NCBI GenBank assembly: GCA_038231275.1
Contig: JBBRLQ010000026.1
Coordinates: forward strand, 47,926 to 111,925
From: Polyangiales bacterium
GTDB taxonomy: Bacteria > Myxococcota_A > Polyangia > Polyangiales > Polyangiaceae
Reading direction: 5' to 3'
Length of the DNA stretch: 64,000 bases
The stretch's first letter is position 1; each line of letters starts with the position of its first letter. Positions 12,048 to 22,166 of the stretch are shown here, in pieces. The notes under the pieces were generated by a model that ran no database searches, was not told the DNA's origin, and saw only the letters and a list, made by a program, of their open reading frames with translations. The position numbers and the translations under genes are program-made.

Positions 12048-13292
12048 TCAGCCAGCACGCGCGGCGGGCCGCATCAGCCCGAGCGCGACGCTCACCCCCG
12101 TCCAGAGCACGCATGCGGACAGCGCGACGCCGAGCACGACCGGTCCCAGGAGCGCCGCGCCGCCGAAGACCGCAGCGCCGAGCGCGTCGCCGGTGCGATA
12201 GACGAAGGTGTCGATGAACGTCTTCGCCTTGTACTTCTCTTCGCGACTCACCACGGTGAAGAGGACCTCGCGCGCGGGCTTGGCGACGCCGTAGTCGCAC
12301 GCGCGACGGGCGACCTGGAACACGACGATCGCCGCGAGCGACGGCTCCAGGCCCACGACCGCGCAGCCGGCGAGCGTGAGGAGCGGCAACACGAGGAGCA
12401 CCGGCCCGACGCCGACCGCGCGGAGCAGCGGCCCGATGAGCACGCCCTGCAAGACGAGACTGCCCATGTTCACCGCCAGATCCATCTTCGCAAAGAGCTC
12501 CGTGCGGAGCGCCGTCGTCGGGATCGCCGCCTTCACGATGCGCGCCTGCTCGAAGTAGACGAACGTGGAGGTGAACGAGAAGAGGAGCATGTAGAGGACG
12601 ATCGTAAGGAGGTACTTGCTCCGCGCCGCCTCACGGGTCCACGCGAGCACGCCGCCTCGGCTCAGCTCCACGTCGCGCGCGGCCCCGTCGGCGATCGGAT
12701 CGTGGAAGATCCTCGACAAGCGGCGCACGCACCACACCGTGGCCTCGAGCAGCGCGGCGGCGAATATGAGGAGCGTCGCAGATCCGACGTGCTTCGCCAG
12801 CCCCGCGGTGACCGCCGAGCCCACCATCGCGCCGAGCGTCCCGCCCGCGCCGATGAAGCCGAAGAGCCGCACGCCCTGCTCCTTCTTGAAGAGATCGGCC
12901 ATCAGGCCCCAGAAGATCGACACCGAGAACAGGTTGAAGACGCTCGTCCACACGAAGAACACGCGCGCCGCGTCGGGCCCGACGTTCGGCGCCCGCAGCA
13001 CCCACGCGAACACAAGGAGCTGCAGCGCGAAGAAGCGATTGGTGATCGGGACGAAACGGCGGCGCGACATGCGCGACACCAGCGCCGTCAGGAGCGGCGT
13101 CACGAGGAACGTCACCGCGAGCGTCACGAGGAAGAGCTTTGGCAGATCGCCGACCTTGCCCGCGAGCCCCATTGCGTCGCGCACCGGCCGCAGCACGTAG
13201 TAGGCCGCCAGCAGGCAGAAGAAATAGAGGAACGACACGAACGCCGCGCCGCGCTCGTCGGGGCGCGCCGGCATCAAGGACGCGAGGCGCAT
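12048..13292 (-). CDS. Npt1/TLC-like (NTP/NDP exchanger family) MFS transporter
   Basis: YYVLRPVRD, FWGLMADLF, KPAREVLFT, KYKAKTFIDTFVYRTGD and about 12 TM helices. Confidence 0.85.
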   Translation of the reverse strand: MRLASLMPARPDERGAAFVSFLYFFCLLAAYYVLRPVRDAMGLAGKVGDLPKLFLVTLAVTFLVTPLLTALVSRMSRRRFVPITNRFFALQLLVFAWVLRAPNVGPDAARVFFVWTSVFNLFSVSIFWGLMADLFKKEQGVRLFGFIGAGGTLGAMVGSAVTAGLAKHVGSATLLIFAAALLEATVWCVRRLSRIFHDPIADGAARDVELSRGGVLAWTREAARSKYLLTIVLYMLLFSFTSTFVYFEQARIVKAAIPTTALRTELFAKMDLAVNMGSLVLQGVLIGPLLRAVGVGPVLLVLPLLTLAGCAVVGLEPSLAAIVVFQVARRACDYGVAKPAREVLFTVVSREEKYKAKTFIDTFVYRTGDALGAAVFGGAALLGPVVLGVALSACVLWTGVSVALGLMRPAARAG

Positions 13293-13298
13293 GCGTCG

Positions 13299-14468
13299 TC
13301 AGCCCGCCGTCGGCCTTTGACGTGCGCGCCACGCCGCGAGCACCTCGGCCTCTCGCGCGCGCGTGATGCCGGCGCGGAGCTTGTTTCGCCGCTCTTCCGG
13401 GAGCGTCGCGAACCACGTGAGGGTGTCCTTCACCGTCTCCTCGAGCGGCCGGAAGGTGAGCCCCTTGGCGATCGCCCTCGCGCTCGAAACGCGTGCGATG
13501 CCCGCGTCGTCGGAGACGGGATCCACCCAAACGGGCATGTCCGACCATGCCTCGACCTTCTGCGACGCGAGGAATTTAGCGTCCACCCACTCGAAGCGCG
13601 CGCGGCCGCCGGTCGCTGCGTTCGTGCGCGTGAGCATCTCGCCGACGCCTTGCCGCTCTTTCGGCCCCGCCACGTTGTAGACGCCCACGTCTCCGTTCTC
13701 CGCCGCGCGGATCATCCACGCGGCGAGATCGCGCACGTCGACGTACTGGACCGGATCGGCCGGATCGCCCGGCGCCATCACGTCCCCGCCGTCCTTGATG
13801 CGCGCCGGCCAGTACGTGAAGCGATCGGACCCGTCCCCCGGACCGACGATGAGACCCGGGCGCACGTTCGTGACCTTGCCCGGCATCGCCGCCTCCGCCG
13901 CGCGCTCGCACGCCGCCTTGAGCGGTCCGTAGCTGCCTTCGTCGATCTTCTCGACGTTGGGATCGGTCAGCTTTCCGACGGCGCCCGACTCGTCGACGCC
14001 GGTCGTCGGCGGCTTGTCGTAGACCGACACCGACGACACGAAGAGGTACTGCCGCGCGCCCGACAAGAGCTCGGCGGTCGCCTTCACCTTGCGCGGGACG
14101 AAGCCCGAGGTGTCGATGACGACGTCCCACGTGCGCCCGCGCAAGGCGTCGAGCGTCCCGTCGTCGCGATCGCCGTGGAGCTTCTCGACGTCTGGGAAGA
14201 GGCCCGGGTTCGTCTTGCCGCGGTTGAAGAGGGTGAGCGCATGCCCGCGCCCGCGCGCGGCGTCGACGAGCTCGGGTCCGAGGAACTTCGTGCCGCCGAG
14301 AATGAGGATCTTCATGGCCTTCCGTGGCGTGGCGCTCGTGCCGGGCGCGCCGGACAATGCCGCGGTCTTCGGCGGCGCAGGCTCGGCCCCCGCGCATCCA
14401 AGGAGACCGCCGGCGGCGGCGGTGGCGACGGCCGCTTGAAGGAGGAAATCACGACGATGGACGCTCAT
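13299..14468 (-). CDS. Tat-exported NAD(P)-dependent epimerase/isoflavone-reductase-like SDR
   Basis: HRRDFL twin-arginine motif, lipobox LLGC, ILGGTKFLG and YGPLK. Confidence 0.85.
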   Translation of the reverse strand: MSVHRRDFLLQAAVATAAAGGLLGCAGAEPAPPKTAALSGAPGTSATPRKAMKILILGGTKFLGPELVDAARGRGHALTLFNRGKTNPGLFPDVEKLHGDRDDGTLDALRGRTWDVVIDTSGFVPRKVKATAELLSGARQYLFVSSVSVYDKPPTTGVDESGAVGKLTDPNVEKIDEGSYGPLKAACERAAEAAMPGKVTNVRPGLIVGPGDGSDRFTYWPARIKDGGDVMAPGDPADPVQYVDVRDLAAWMIRAAENGDVGVYNVAGPKERQGVGEMLTRTNAATGGRARFEWVDAKFLASQKVEAWSDMPVWVDPVSDDAGIARVSSARAIAKGLTFRPLEETVKDTLTWFATLPEERRNKLRAGITRAREAEVLAAWRARQRPTAG

Positions 14469-14505
14469 CCGCGCACAAACACCGCAGGAGTCGATTTGTT
14501 CGCGT

Positions 14506-14538
14506 TTGACGATATTTCATATTTACGTTAACTATTAT
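14506..14538 (+). promoter_or_regulatory. Putative promoter with ArsR-type operator
   Basis: AT-rich island. TTGACG (14506-14511) is followed directly by the imperfect 8-8-8 palindrome ATATTTCA-TATTTACG-TTAACTAT, upstream of the VOC-ArsR operon. Confidence 0.6.
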
Positions 14539-14568
14539 GCGTATTCACTAACCACAAACGGAGCGCCC

Positions 14569-14994
14569 ATGAAACCGCCCCCCAAGGATTGGCCTCGCAT
14601 CTCCTCCTCCCTCTTTTACGACGACGCCGCCGCCGCGATCGACTGGCTGTGCAAGGCCTTCGACTTCAAGGTGCGCCTTCGCGTGGACGGTGAGGACGGA
14701 TCGGTCGTCCACTGCGAGCTCGACTACGGCGAGGGTCTCGTCATGGTGAGCAGCTCCAAACCCGACAAGCAGTACAAGGCCCCGAGCTCGCTCGGCGGCG
14801 CCAATACCCAGACCCTGTGCGTCCAAGTCGAGGACTGCGACGCCCACTTCGCCAAGGCCCGCGCGGCCGGCGCCGGGATCGTGTCGGAGCCGAAGGTGAC
14901 CGACTACGGCGAAGGGTACTGGGCCGACCGATCCTACGGCGCCGTCGATCCGGGCGGGCATCAGTGGTGGTTCGCGCAGCGCGTACGCGGGTGA
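14569..14994 (+). CDS. VOC/glyoxalase (PhnB-like) protein
   Basis: LFYDDAAAAIDWL...AF, VVHCEL and DPGGHQWWF. GGAG precedes the ATG. Confidence 0.85.
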   Translation: MKPPPKDWPRISSSLFYDDAAAAIDWLCKAFDFKVRLRVDGEDGSVVHCELDYGEGLVMVSSSKPDKQYKAPSSLGGANTQTLCVQVEDCDAHFAKARAAGAGIVSEPKVTDYGEGYWADRSYGAVDPGGHQWWFAQRVRG

Positions 14995-14998
14995 GGAG

Positions 14999-15307
14999 AT
15001 GACCGCCGAGATCGATCGCACGCTCGCCGCCCTCGCCGATCCGACACGCCGCCGCATCGTGGACGTCCTTCGGAAGAGGCCGCGTCGCGCGGGCGAGCTG
15101 GCGGCGGCGTTCGAGATGAGCGCGCCTGCGATGAGCGCACACCTCAAGGTCCTCCGGAAGATCGGCCTCGTGGAGCCATCAGGCCTCGCGGAAGACGCGC
15201 GCGTCCGCGTCTACCGCTTGCGCCCCGAGCGTTTCGGGGAGCTCCGCACCTGGCTCGACGAGGTCGAGGCGTACTGGGACGGCCAACAACGCGCCAGGCC
15301 ACGCTGA
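14999..15307 (+). CDS. ArsR/SmtB family regulator
   Basis: ALADPTRRRI and SAHLKVLRKIGLV. GAGGAG RBS. Confidence 0.9.
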   Translation: MTAEIDRTLAALADPTRRRIVDVLRKRPRRAGELAAAFEMSAPAMSAHLKVLRKIGLVEPSGLAEDARVRVYRLRPERFGELRTWLDEVEAYWDGQQRARPR

Positions 15308-15360
15308 TCGCGGGCGAGGCATCGACAGCGGACGGATCTTTCCCTACGTTCCCCGGCGCC

Positions 15361-16641
15361 TTGAGTCCCCCCTCCCCGCCTTCGAAGAAGAAAAAGCTCC
15401 CCACGAGCCGCGTCGGCCGCCTCGCGCAGGTCGCGCGCATCGGCCTCACGAGCGGCGCGGCGCGTGCGGAGAAGACTGCACAGGTCTTGTCGTCGATGCG
15501 CGGCCTCGCGGCGAAGGTCGGCCAAATGGCCAGCTACGTCGACGGCCTCGTCCCCGAGGAGCATCGCGAGTCGTACTCCTCGTGGCTCTCGCACCTGCGC
15601 ACGCAAGCCGCGCGCTCGGAGCCGGGAGAGGTGCGCGCGCTCGTCGAAGAGGAGCTCGGCGCCCCCGTCACGAAGCTCTTCGCAGAGTGGGACGAAGAGC
15701 CGTTCGCGAGCGCGTCGATTGGCCAGGTCCACCGCGCGCGCATGGCCGACGGGCGACTGCTCGCCGTGAAGGTGCAGCACCCGGGCGTCGCGAAGGCGGT
15801 CGAGAGCGATCTCTCGAACGCGAGCCTCGTCGAGTCGATGATCGGCGCGCTCGGCGGTCGCCGCCTCGACACCAGGCGCCTCCTCGAGGTCATCAAGCTC
15901 CGTTTCCGCGAAGAGCTGGACTACGCGCACGAGGCCGAGCAGCTCCTCTACTTCACCGCGCTCCACCAGGGCGATCCGCAGATCCACATTCCCGCGCTCG
16001 TCGCCGAGCGATCGTCGGGCCGCGTCCTCTCTACCGAGCTCGTCAGCGGGCGCACGTTCGACGAGGCCTGCGCCGCGAGCGCCGATGAGCGACGCGCGTG
16101 GGCGGAGACGCTCTGGCGCTACGTGTACCGAGGCAACCTCGTCGGCGGCCGCTTCAACGCGGATCCGCACCCCGGCAACTACATCTTCCACGACGACGCG
16201 CGCATCACGTTCCTCGACTACGGCTGCGTGCAGAAGATCGAGCCCCCCGCACTCGCCGGCGCCCGCGCGATGCACGACGCCGCGGTTCGACGCGACGAGG
16301 GAGCGTTCACGAAGCACGTCTCCACGATGATCGGCGCCAAGCCGGGCGCGCTGGAGGACGCGGCGCGCGCGTACATCCGCCGCTGCTTCGAGCCGATCTT
16401 CGCCTCCCCATTCCATATTACGCGTCCCTACACGGCGAGCCTCGTCGTCTCCACGAAGGGCCTGGCCGGCGTCGCGCGCGCCGTGAAGAACGAGGAGCTC
16501 TTCACGATGCCGCCGGAGATGCTCTTCATGAACCGGCTGCAGTTCGGCTTTTATTCGGTGCTCGCGCGCCTCGACGTAGAGGTCGATTACGCAGCGACCG
16601 AGCGCCGCATCCACGCCGAAATCGTCGCCGCGTCGTCGTGA
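15361..16641 (+). CDS. ABC1/AarF/UbiB family atypical kinase
   Basis: KVGQMAS, ASASIGQVHRA, AVKVQHPG, EELDY, ADPHPGN and LDYG. Confidence 0.9.
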   Translation: MSPPSPPSKKKKLPTSRVGRLAQVARIGLTSGAARAEKTAQVLSSMRGLAAKVGQMASYVDGLVPEEHRESYSSWLSHLRTQAARSEPGEVRALVEEELGAPVTKLFAEWDEEPFASASIGQVHRARMADGRLLAVKVQHPGVAKAVESDLSNASLVESMIGALGGRRLDTRRLLEVIKLRFREELDYAHEAEQLLYFTALHQGDPQIHIPALVAERSSGRVLSTELVSGRTFDEACAASADERRAWAETLWRYVYRGNLVGGRFNADPHPGNYIFHDDARITFLDYGCVQKIEPPALAGARAMHDAAVRRDEGAFTKHVSTMIGAKPGALEDAARAYIRRCFEPIFASPFHITRPYTASLVVSTKGLAGVARAVKNEELFTMPPEMLFMNRLQFGFYSVLARLDVEVDYAATERRIHAEIVAASS

Positions 16642-16642
16642 G

Positions 16643-17083
16643 TTACTCGAGGACCTTCGCGAGCAGCGCTTCGTTCTCCGGCGAGAGCCGAACGAACTTG
16701 AGGCCCACGTCGAATTTGCCGGGGGCGCCTTCCTCGAGGCGCTCGATCCAGGCGACCTCGGCGTCGAAGGTCACCGACGGCTGGTCCTTCAGGAACAGCT
16801 CCATCGTCAGGCGATCACCGACGCGCAGAGGTTCATCGGTGTACACGCGTACACCCCCGCGGCTGACGTCGATCGGCTCCTCTTGGTGATCGAAGAGCTT
16901 GAGACCCGCCGCCCGGCAATAGACGGGCGCCTCGATGCGCCGGAACTGACGACGCTCCTTCGGATCCTCCGGGATCTCCGCGGAAACCTTCGGACGGAAT
17001 CCGGATTTCGTACGGCTCGCCGGCTCGATGCCCGTAAGCATCGTCAAGACGCGCTGTGCGAGTGTTTTCTTCGGCTCGGTCAT
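16643..17083 (-). CDS. PilZ domain protein 1
   Basis: RRQFRR (RxxxR) and DVSRGG (DxSxxG) motifs. Confidence 0.85.
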   Translation of the reverse strand: MTEPKKTLAQRVLTMLTGIEPASRTKSGFRPKVSAEIPEDPKERRQFRRIEAPVYCRAAGLKLFDHQEEPIDVSRGGVRVYTDEPLRVGDRLTMELFLKDQPSVTFDAEVAWIERLEEGAPGKFDVGLKFVRLSPENEALLAKVLE

Positions 17084-17223
17084 CGAGGAGGGCGGCCCTT
17101 CACTTCGACCCTTACTGTGGCGCAACTCGGCGCCGCAAGCCTCAAAATGCCGTTTGGCTGGAATTTTGAGCGACGCATCGCGTCATCACGCCCTTGGAGC
17201 GCCCGATTTCCCGGCCGTTCGGT

Positions 17224-17571
17224 CTATTCGCCGAGCACTTTTCGGAGGAGCTCTTCGGCGCGGACGTCGAGGTGGAGGAACTTCAAGCCGACGTCGAAGC
17301 GCGCGACGGCTCCCTTCGGCAGCTTCTCTACCCACGCGACCATCGCCTGAAATGTCACTTCGTCGTCACCGGCGCCCTCGACGAAGAGCTCCAACGTCAA
17401 TCGATCGCCGACCTTCATCGGCTCGTCGCTGTAGATGCGGACGCCGCCGCGGCTCACGTCCACGGCCTCTTGCCGCTTGGACATGATCTTCAGCCCGGCG
17501 GGGCGACAGAAGACCGGCGCCTGGATTCGTCGATAGCGTCGCCTCTCGGGACCGTCGTCCGCCGAACCCAT
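17224..17571 (-). CDS. PilZ domain protein 2
   Basis: RRRYRR and DVSRGG motifs. Clear paralog of the neighbouring gene. Start may be 17583. Confidence 0.85.
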   Translation of the reverse strand: MGSADDGPERRRYRRIQAPVFCRPAGLKIMSKRQEAVDVSRGGVRIYSDEPMKVGDRLTLELFVEGAGDDEVTFQAMVAWVEKLPKGAVARFDVGLKFLHLDVRAEELLRKVLGE

Positions 17572-17645
17572 TCCAAGAAGCATGTCTGACCGAAGCCGGC
17601 GCGCAAGGGCGTTCGCGCAAGGGCGTTGTGGTACCGTTTTCGGTC

Positions 17646-18626
17646 ATGTTCTCTCGCGACGTCCTCGAGATCGATCGCGAGGCTGTGACGCGCGAGATCG
17701 CCGAGACCGTGCGCGCCCAGGTGCTCGGAACGCTCAAGCGTCGGGGCGCGATCGTCGGCCTCTCGGGCGGGATCGACAGCTCGGTCGTCGCGGCGCTGGC
17801 GGTGCGGGCGCTCGGAAAAGAGAAGGTGCTCGGTGTCTTCATGCCCGAGCGCGATTCGTCGGGCGACTCGCTGCGCCTGGGGAGGCTCCTCGCGGAGTCG
17901 CTCGGCATCGAGACCGTGCTCGAGGACATCGCGGGCACCGTGGAGGCCGCCGGCTGCTACCGCCGCCAGGACGACGCCGTCCGCACCGTGTTCCCGGAGT
18001 ACGGGCCCGGGTACAAGTGCAAGATCACCCTGCCGTCGATCCTCGAGAGCGAGCGGCTCAACGTCTTTCAGCTCACGATCCAGTCGCCGTCCGGCGAGAC
18101 GAAGACGAGCCGCATGGGGCTCGCGGCATTCCTGCTGCTCGTGGCGGCGACCAACCTCAAGCAGCGCGCGCGGAAGATGATGGAATACTTCCACGCCGAT
18201 CGGCTGAACTACGCCGTCGCCGGCACGCCGAACCGGCTCGAGTACGACCAGGGCTTCTTCGTGAAGCAAGGAGACGGCGCCGCGGATTTCAAGCCGATCG
18301 CGCACCTCTACAAGACGCAGGTGTACGCGCTCGCCGCGCACCTCCATGTCCCCGCGGAAATTTGCGAGAGGCCGCCCACGACCGACACGTACTCGATGCC
18401 GCAGACCCAGGAGGAGTTCTACTTCGCGCTCCCCTACGACAAGATGGACCTGTGCCTGTACGGCAAGAACCACGGCGTCCCGGCAGCGGAGGTCGCGCCG
18501 ATCGTCGGCGTCACCGCGGAGCAGGTCGAGCGCGTCTACAAGGACATCGACAAGAAGCGGATGACGACGCGCTACCTCCACGCGCGCCCGCTCCTCGTCC
18601 ACGACGTGCTCGAGATCGCGAAGTAG
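17646..18626 (+). CDS. nadE: NH3-dependent NAD synthetase-like ATP pyrophosphatase
   Basis: GLSGGIDS, NLKQRAR, GTPNRLE, GFFVKQGDG and PIAHLYKTQV. Confidence 0.85.
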   Translation: MFSRDVLEIDREAVTREIAETVRAQVLGTLKRRGAIVGLSGGIDSSVVAALAVRALGKEKVLGVFMPERDSSGDSLRLGRLLAESLGIETVLEDIAGTVEAAGCYRRQDDAVRTVFPEYGPGYKCKITLPSILESERLNVFQLTIQSPSGETKTSRMGLAAFLLLVAATNLKQRARKMMEYFHADRLNYAVAGTPNRLEYDQGFFVKQGDGAADFKPIAHLYKTQVYALAAHLHVPAEICERPPTTDTYSMPQTQEEFYFALPYDKMDLCLYGKNHGVPAAEVAPIVGVTAEQVERVYKDIDKKRMTTRYLHARPLLVHDVLEIAK

Positions 18627-18627
18627 A

Positions 18628-20616
18628 ATGTGCGGGATCGCCGGCATCGTCGCCACCGGCGCCGCCGCCCTCCCCCCGACGCGCGAGGCCCTCACGCGAA
18701 TGGCGGCAGCGCTGCACCATCGCGGCCCCGACGAGCTCGGCGTCTACCGCCGCGGCCCCGCCGGCCTCGCGCACGCGCGCCTCTCGATCATCGATTTGAA
18801 GAGCGGGCAGCAGCCCCTCGCGAACGAGGATCACACGCTTTGGGTCGTCTACAACGGCGAGATCTTCAACTACGTCGAGCTCCGCGCCGACCTCGTCGCG
18901 CGCGGTCACGTGTTCAGGACCGCCAGCGACACCGAGGTCATCGTCCACGCGTACGAGGCCTGGGGAGACGACGCGTTCGCGCGCTTCAACGGCCAATTCG
19001 CGATCGCGCTGTGGGACGAGACGCGCGCACGCCTCGTCCTCGCGCGCGACCGGCTGGGCGTAAGGCCGCTCCACGTCTGCGAGCGCGGAGGCCGCGTCGT
19101 CTTCGCGAGCGAGGTAAAGGCTATTTTCGCCGGCGATCCGGAGATCCCGCGCGCGCTCGATCCGAAGGGGATCGACGAGACGTTCACGTTCTGGTCGATC
19201 GTCCCTCCGCAAGGCGTCTTCGAAGGCATCGGCGAGCTCCGCCCCGGGCACGTGCGAACGTACCAAGCAGGCGAGGTCCATGAGCGCGCGTTCTGGACGC
19301 CCTGCTTTCCACCGCAGCACGGATTTCACGGCACGCTGGACGATGCGGTTGTCCAGGTCCGCGCGGCGCTTGAGGACGCGACGCGCCTGCGCATGCTCCG
19401 CGCCGACGTCCCGGTAGGCAGCTACCTCTCTGGCGGCCTCGACAGCTCGCTCGTCGCCGCGCTCGGTCTCCGCGTGAAGGGAGAGGGCTTTCACACCTTC
19501 TCGCTCCGCTTCGAGGACGCCGAGTACGACGAGACCGCGTTTCAACGCGCGATGGCGGCTCGCCTCGGCACGCAGCACCACGAGGTGATCGTCTCGCGCG
19601 CCGACATCGCGGGCGTGTTTCCCGAGGTCGTCTTCCACACCGAGCGTCCGATCCTCCGCACCGCGCCGGCCCCGCTGCTCCTCCTCTCGCGCCTCGTCCG
19701 GGAGACCGGCATCAAGGTCGTCCTCACCGGCGAGGGCGCCGACGAGATCTTCGCCGGCTACGATCTGTTCCGCGAGGCGAAGGTCCGCCGCTTCTGGGCG
19801 AAGGCGCCGGCGTCACGGACGCGCCCACGCCTCCTCGAGCGGCTCTACCCTTACTTGGCGCGCTCGCCGGTCGCGCAGCAAGCGATCGCGCGGCAGTTCT
19901 TCGGGAGGGATCTCGACCAGTGGCGTGCTCCCGGCTTTGGCCACGCGACGCGATGGAATGGCACGAGCGCGCTAAAACGCCTATTTTCGAAGGAGATGCG
20001 CGATCGGACGACAGGACGAGACGCCGTCGCGCGGCTTCTCGCCGATCTGCCCGCCGCGTTCGCGTCGTGGGATCCGCTCGCGCAAGATCAGTACCTGGAG
20101 ATGAGGACGCTCCTCTCGGGGTACCTCCTCGCGTCGCAGGGCGATCGCATGCTCATGGCGAGCTCGGTGGAGGGGCGCTTCCCGTTCCTCGACGCCAACG
20201 TCGTGGAGCTCGCGAGCACGCTGCCCTCCCGGTACAAGCTCGCGGTCCTCGACGAGAAGCACGTCCTGAAGCGCGCGGCGGCAGGCCTCGTCCCCGACGC
20301 GATCCTACGTAGGCAGAAGCAGCCGTACCGCGCGCCCGACGCGCTGTCGTTCGTGGGGCCTCACGCGCCGGCGTGGGTGAGCGACGCGATGAGCGAGGCG
20401 CGCGTGGCGGAGGCCGGCGTCTTCGATCCGGGCGTGGTCGGGCAGCTCTGGAAGAAGTGCGCGGCGAAGAAGGACGACGGGCAGTTCTCGAACGCCGACA
20501 ACATGGCCGTGGTCGGCGTCCTGTCGACGCAGCTCCTCCACGCCCGCTTCGTCGCGCGCCCGCCCGACCCGACGAGACCCATCCCCCTCACGACGCTCGT
20601 AGAGAGAGACCCATGA
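18628..20616 (+). CDS. asnB: Asparagine synthetase (glutamine-hydrolysing) family amidotransferase 1
   Basis: MCGIAG N-terminal Cys, HRGPD, NGEIFN, LSGGLDS, GEGADE and EGRFPFLD. Confidence 0.93.
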   Translation: MCGIAGIVATGAAALPPTREALTRMAAALHHRGPDELGVYRRGPAGLAHARLSIIDLKSGQQPLANEDHTLWVVYNGEIFNYVELRADLVARGHVFRTASDTEVIVHAYEAWGDDAFARFNGQFAIALWDETRARLVLARDRLGVRPLHVCERGGRVVFASEVKAIFAGDPEIPRALDPKGIDETFTFWSIVPPQGVFEGIGELRPGHVRTYQAGEVHERAFWTPCFPPQHGFHGTLDDAVVQVRAALEDATRLRMLRADVPVGSYLSGGLDSSLVAALGLRVKGEGFHTFSLRFEDAEYDETAFQRAMAARLGTQHHEVIVSRADIAGVFPEVVFHTERPILRTAPAPLLLLSRLVRETGIKVVLTGEGADEIFAGYDLFREAKVRRFWAKAPASRTRPRLLERLYPYLARSPVAQQAIARQFFGRDLDQWRAPGFGHATRWNGTSALKRLFSKEMRDRTTGRDAVARLLADLPAAFASWDPLAQDQYLEMRTLLSGYLLASQGDRMLMASSVEGRFPFLDANVVELASTLPSRYKLAVLDEKHVLKRAAAGLVPDAILRRQKQPYRAPDALSFVGPHAPAWVSDAMSEARVAEAGVFDPGVVGQLWKKCAAKKDDGQFSNADNMAVVGVLSTQLLHARFVARPPDPTRPIPLTTLVERDP

Positions 20617-22166
20617 ACGGCGTTCCCCAGCTCCACGACTACCTCTCCGACTCCGCGCGGCGCCTGCCGGAGAAGATTGCGCTCGTCTGTCGCAAGCAGC
20701 GCTTCTCGTACCGCGAGCTCGATCGGCGCGCGAACCGTCTCGCCCACGCGCTTCAACGGCGCGGAGTCTCGCGCGGCGATCGGATCGTCGTCTTCGCGGA
20801 CAACACGGTAGAGACCGTGATCGCGTTCTGGGCGATCTTGAAGGCGAACGCCGTCGTCTCGATCGTCAACCCCCTCACCAAGGCCGACAAGCTCGCCTAC
20901 CTCTTGAACGACTGCCGCGCGGTGGCGCTCGTCACCGACGGGCACCTCACGCCGGTCTTCGCCGACGCCGCGACGAAGTCTCGGCACCTCCGCCACGTCA
21001 TCATTTCCGGGGCGATCGACGCGGCGCGCACAGCGAGCCTGCCCGGGGTGGTCGCGTGGGACGTGGCCCTCGAGGATGGAGATCCCGCCGCGCCGCCGCC
21101 CCGGAAGAACATCGACATCGACCTCGCCGCCATCATCTACACCTCGGGGAGCACCGGCGATCCGAAGGGCGTCATGCTCACCCACCGGAACATGCTCACC
21201 GCGGCGCGCTCGATCACGACGTACCTCGAGAACGTCGAGGACGACGTGATCCTCGGCGTCCTCCCCCTCGCCTTCGATTACGGCCTCTACCAGATGATCA
21301 TGGCGTTCCGCGTCGGCGCCCGCCTCGTGCTCGAGCGCTCGTTCACCTACCCGGCCCAGGTGCTCGAGGTGGTGGTCAGCGAGAAGGTCACCGGCTTCCC
21401 CGGCGTGCCGACCATCTTCGCCATCCTCGCGGAGATGAAGACGCTCAAATCCCATGATTTTTCGAGCATCCGCTACGCGACGAACACCGCCGCGGCGTTG
21501 CCGGTCAAGCACATCACCGTCCTGCAAGACATCTTCCCGGGCGCGAAGATCTTCAGCATGTACGGCCTCACCGAGTGCAAGCGCTGCACGTACCTCCCGC
21601 CCGCCGATCTCGCGCGCAAGCCGACCAGCGTAGGCGTCGCCATCCCGAACACCGAGCTCTGGATCGTCGACGAGAACGGCGCAAAGGTCGGTCCCAACGT
21701 CGTCGGCCAGCTCGTCATCCGCGGCGCGACCGTCATGAAGGGCTACTGGGAGAAGCCCGAGGAGACGGCGAAGAAGCTGCGGCCCGGTCCAGTGCCCGGC
21801 GAACAGGTCCTCTACACCGGCGATCTCTGCAAGCTCGACGACGAGGGCTACCTCACCTTCGTCGGGCGCATGGACGACATCATCAAGAGCCGCGGCGAGA
21901 AGGTGGCGCCGAAGGAGGTCGAGACCGCGCTCATGAACGTCGTCGGCGTGAAAGAGGCGGCGGTCATCGGCGTGCCCGACGAGATCCTCGGCCAGGCGAT
22001 CAAAGCGTTCGTGGTCCTAGAAGAGGGCGCGACGCTGACCGAGAAGGATCTCCAGAAGGAGTGCCAGAGGCGCCTCGAGAATTTCATGGTGCCCAAGCAC
22101 TTCGCGTTCGTCGCCGAGCTTCCGAAGACGACGACCGGCAAGATCAAGAAGACGGGGCTCGCGTGA
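20613..22166 (+). CDS. AMP-forming acyl-CoA/acyl-ACP ligase
   Basis: YTSGSTGDPKG, YGLTE, TGD and PKTTTGKI. ATGA-coupled to asnB. Confidence 0.92.
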   Translation: MNGVPQLHDYLSDSARRLPEKIALVCRKQRFSYRELDRRANRLAHALQRRGVSRGDRIVVFADNTVETVIAFWAILKANAVVSIVNPLTKADKLAYLLNDCRAVALVTDGHLTPVFADAATKSRHLRHVIISGAIDAARTASLPGVVAWDVALEDGDPAAPPPRKNIDIDLAAIIYTSGSTGDPKGVMLTHRNMLTAARSITTYLENVEDDVILGVLPLAFDYGLYQMIMAFRVGARLVLERSFTYPAQVLEVVVSEKVTGFPGVPTIFAILAEMKTLKSHDFSSIRYATNTAAALPVKHITVLQDIFPGAKIFSMYGLTECKRCTYLPPADLARKPTSVGVAIPNTELWIVDENGAKVGPNVVGQLVIRGATVMKGYWEKPEETAKKLRPGPVPGEQVLYTGDLCKLDDEGYLTFVGRMDDIIKSRGEKVAPKEVETALMNVVGVKEAAVIGVPDEILGQAIKAFVVLEEGATLTEKDLQKECQRRLENFMVPKHFAFVAELPKTTTGKIKKTGLA

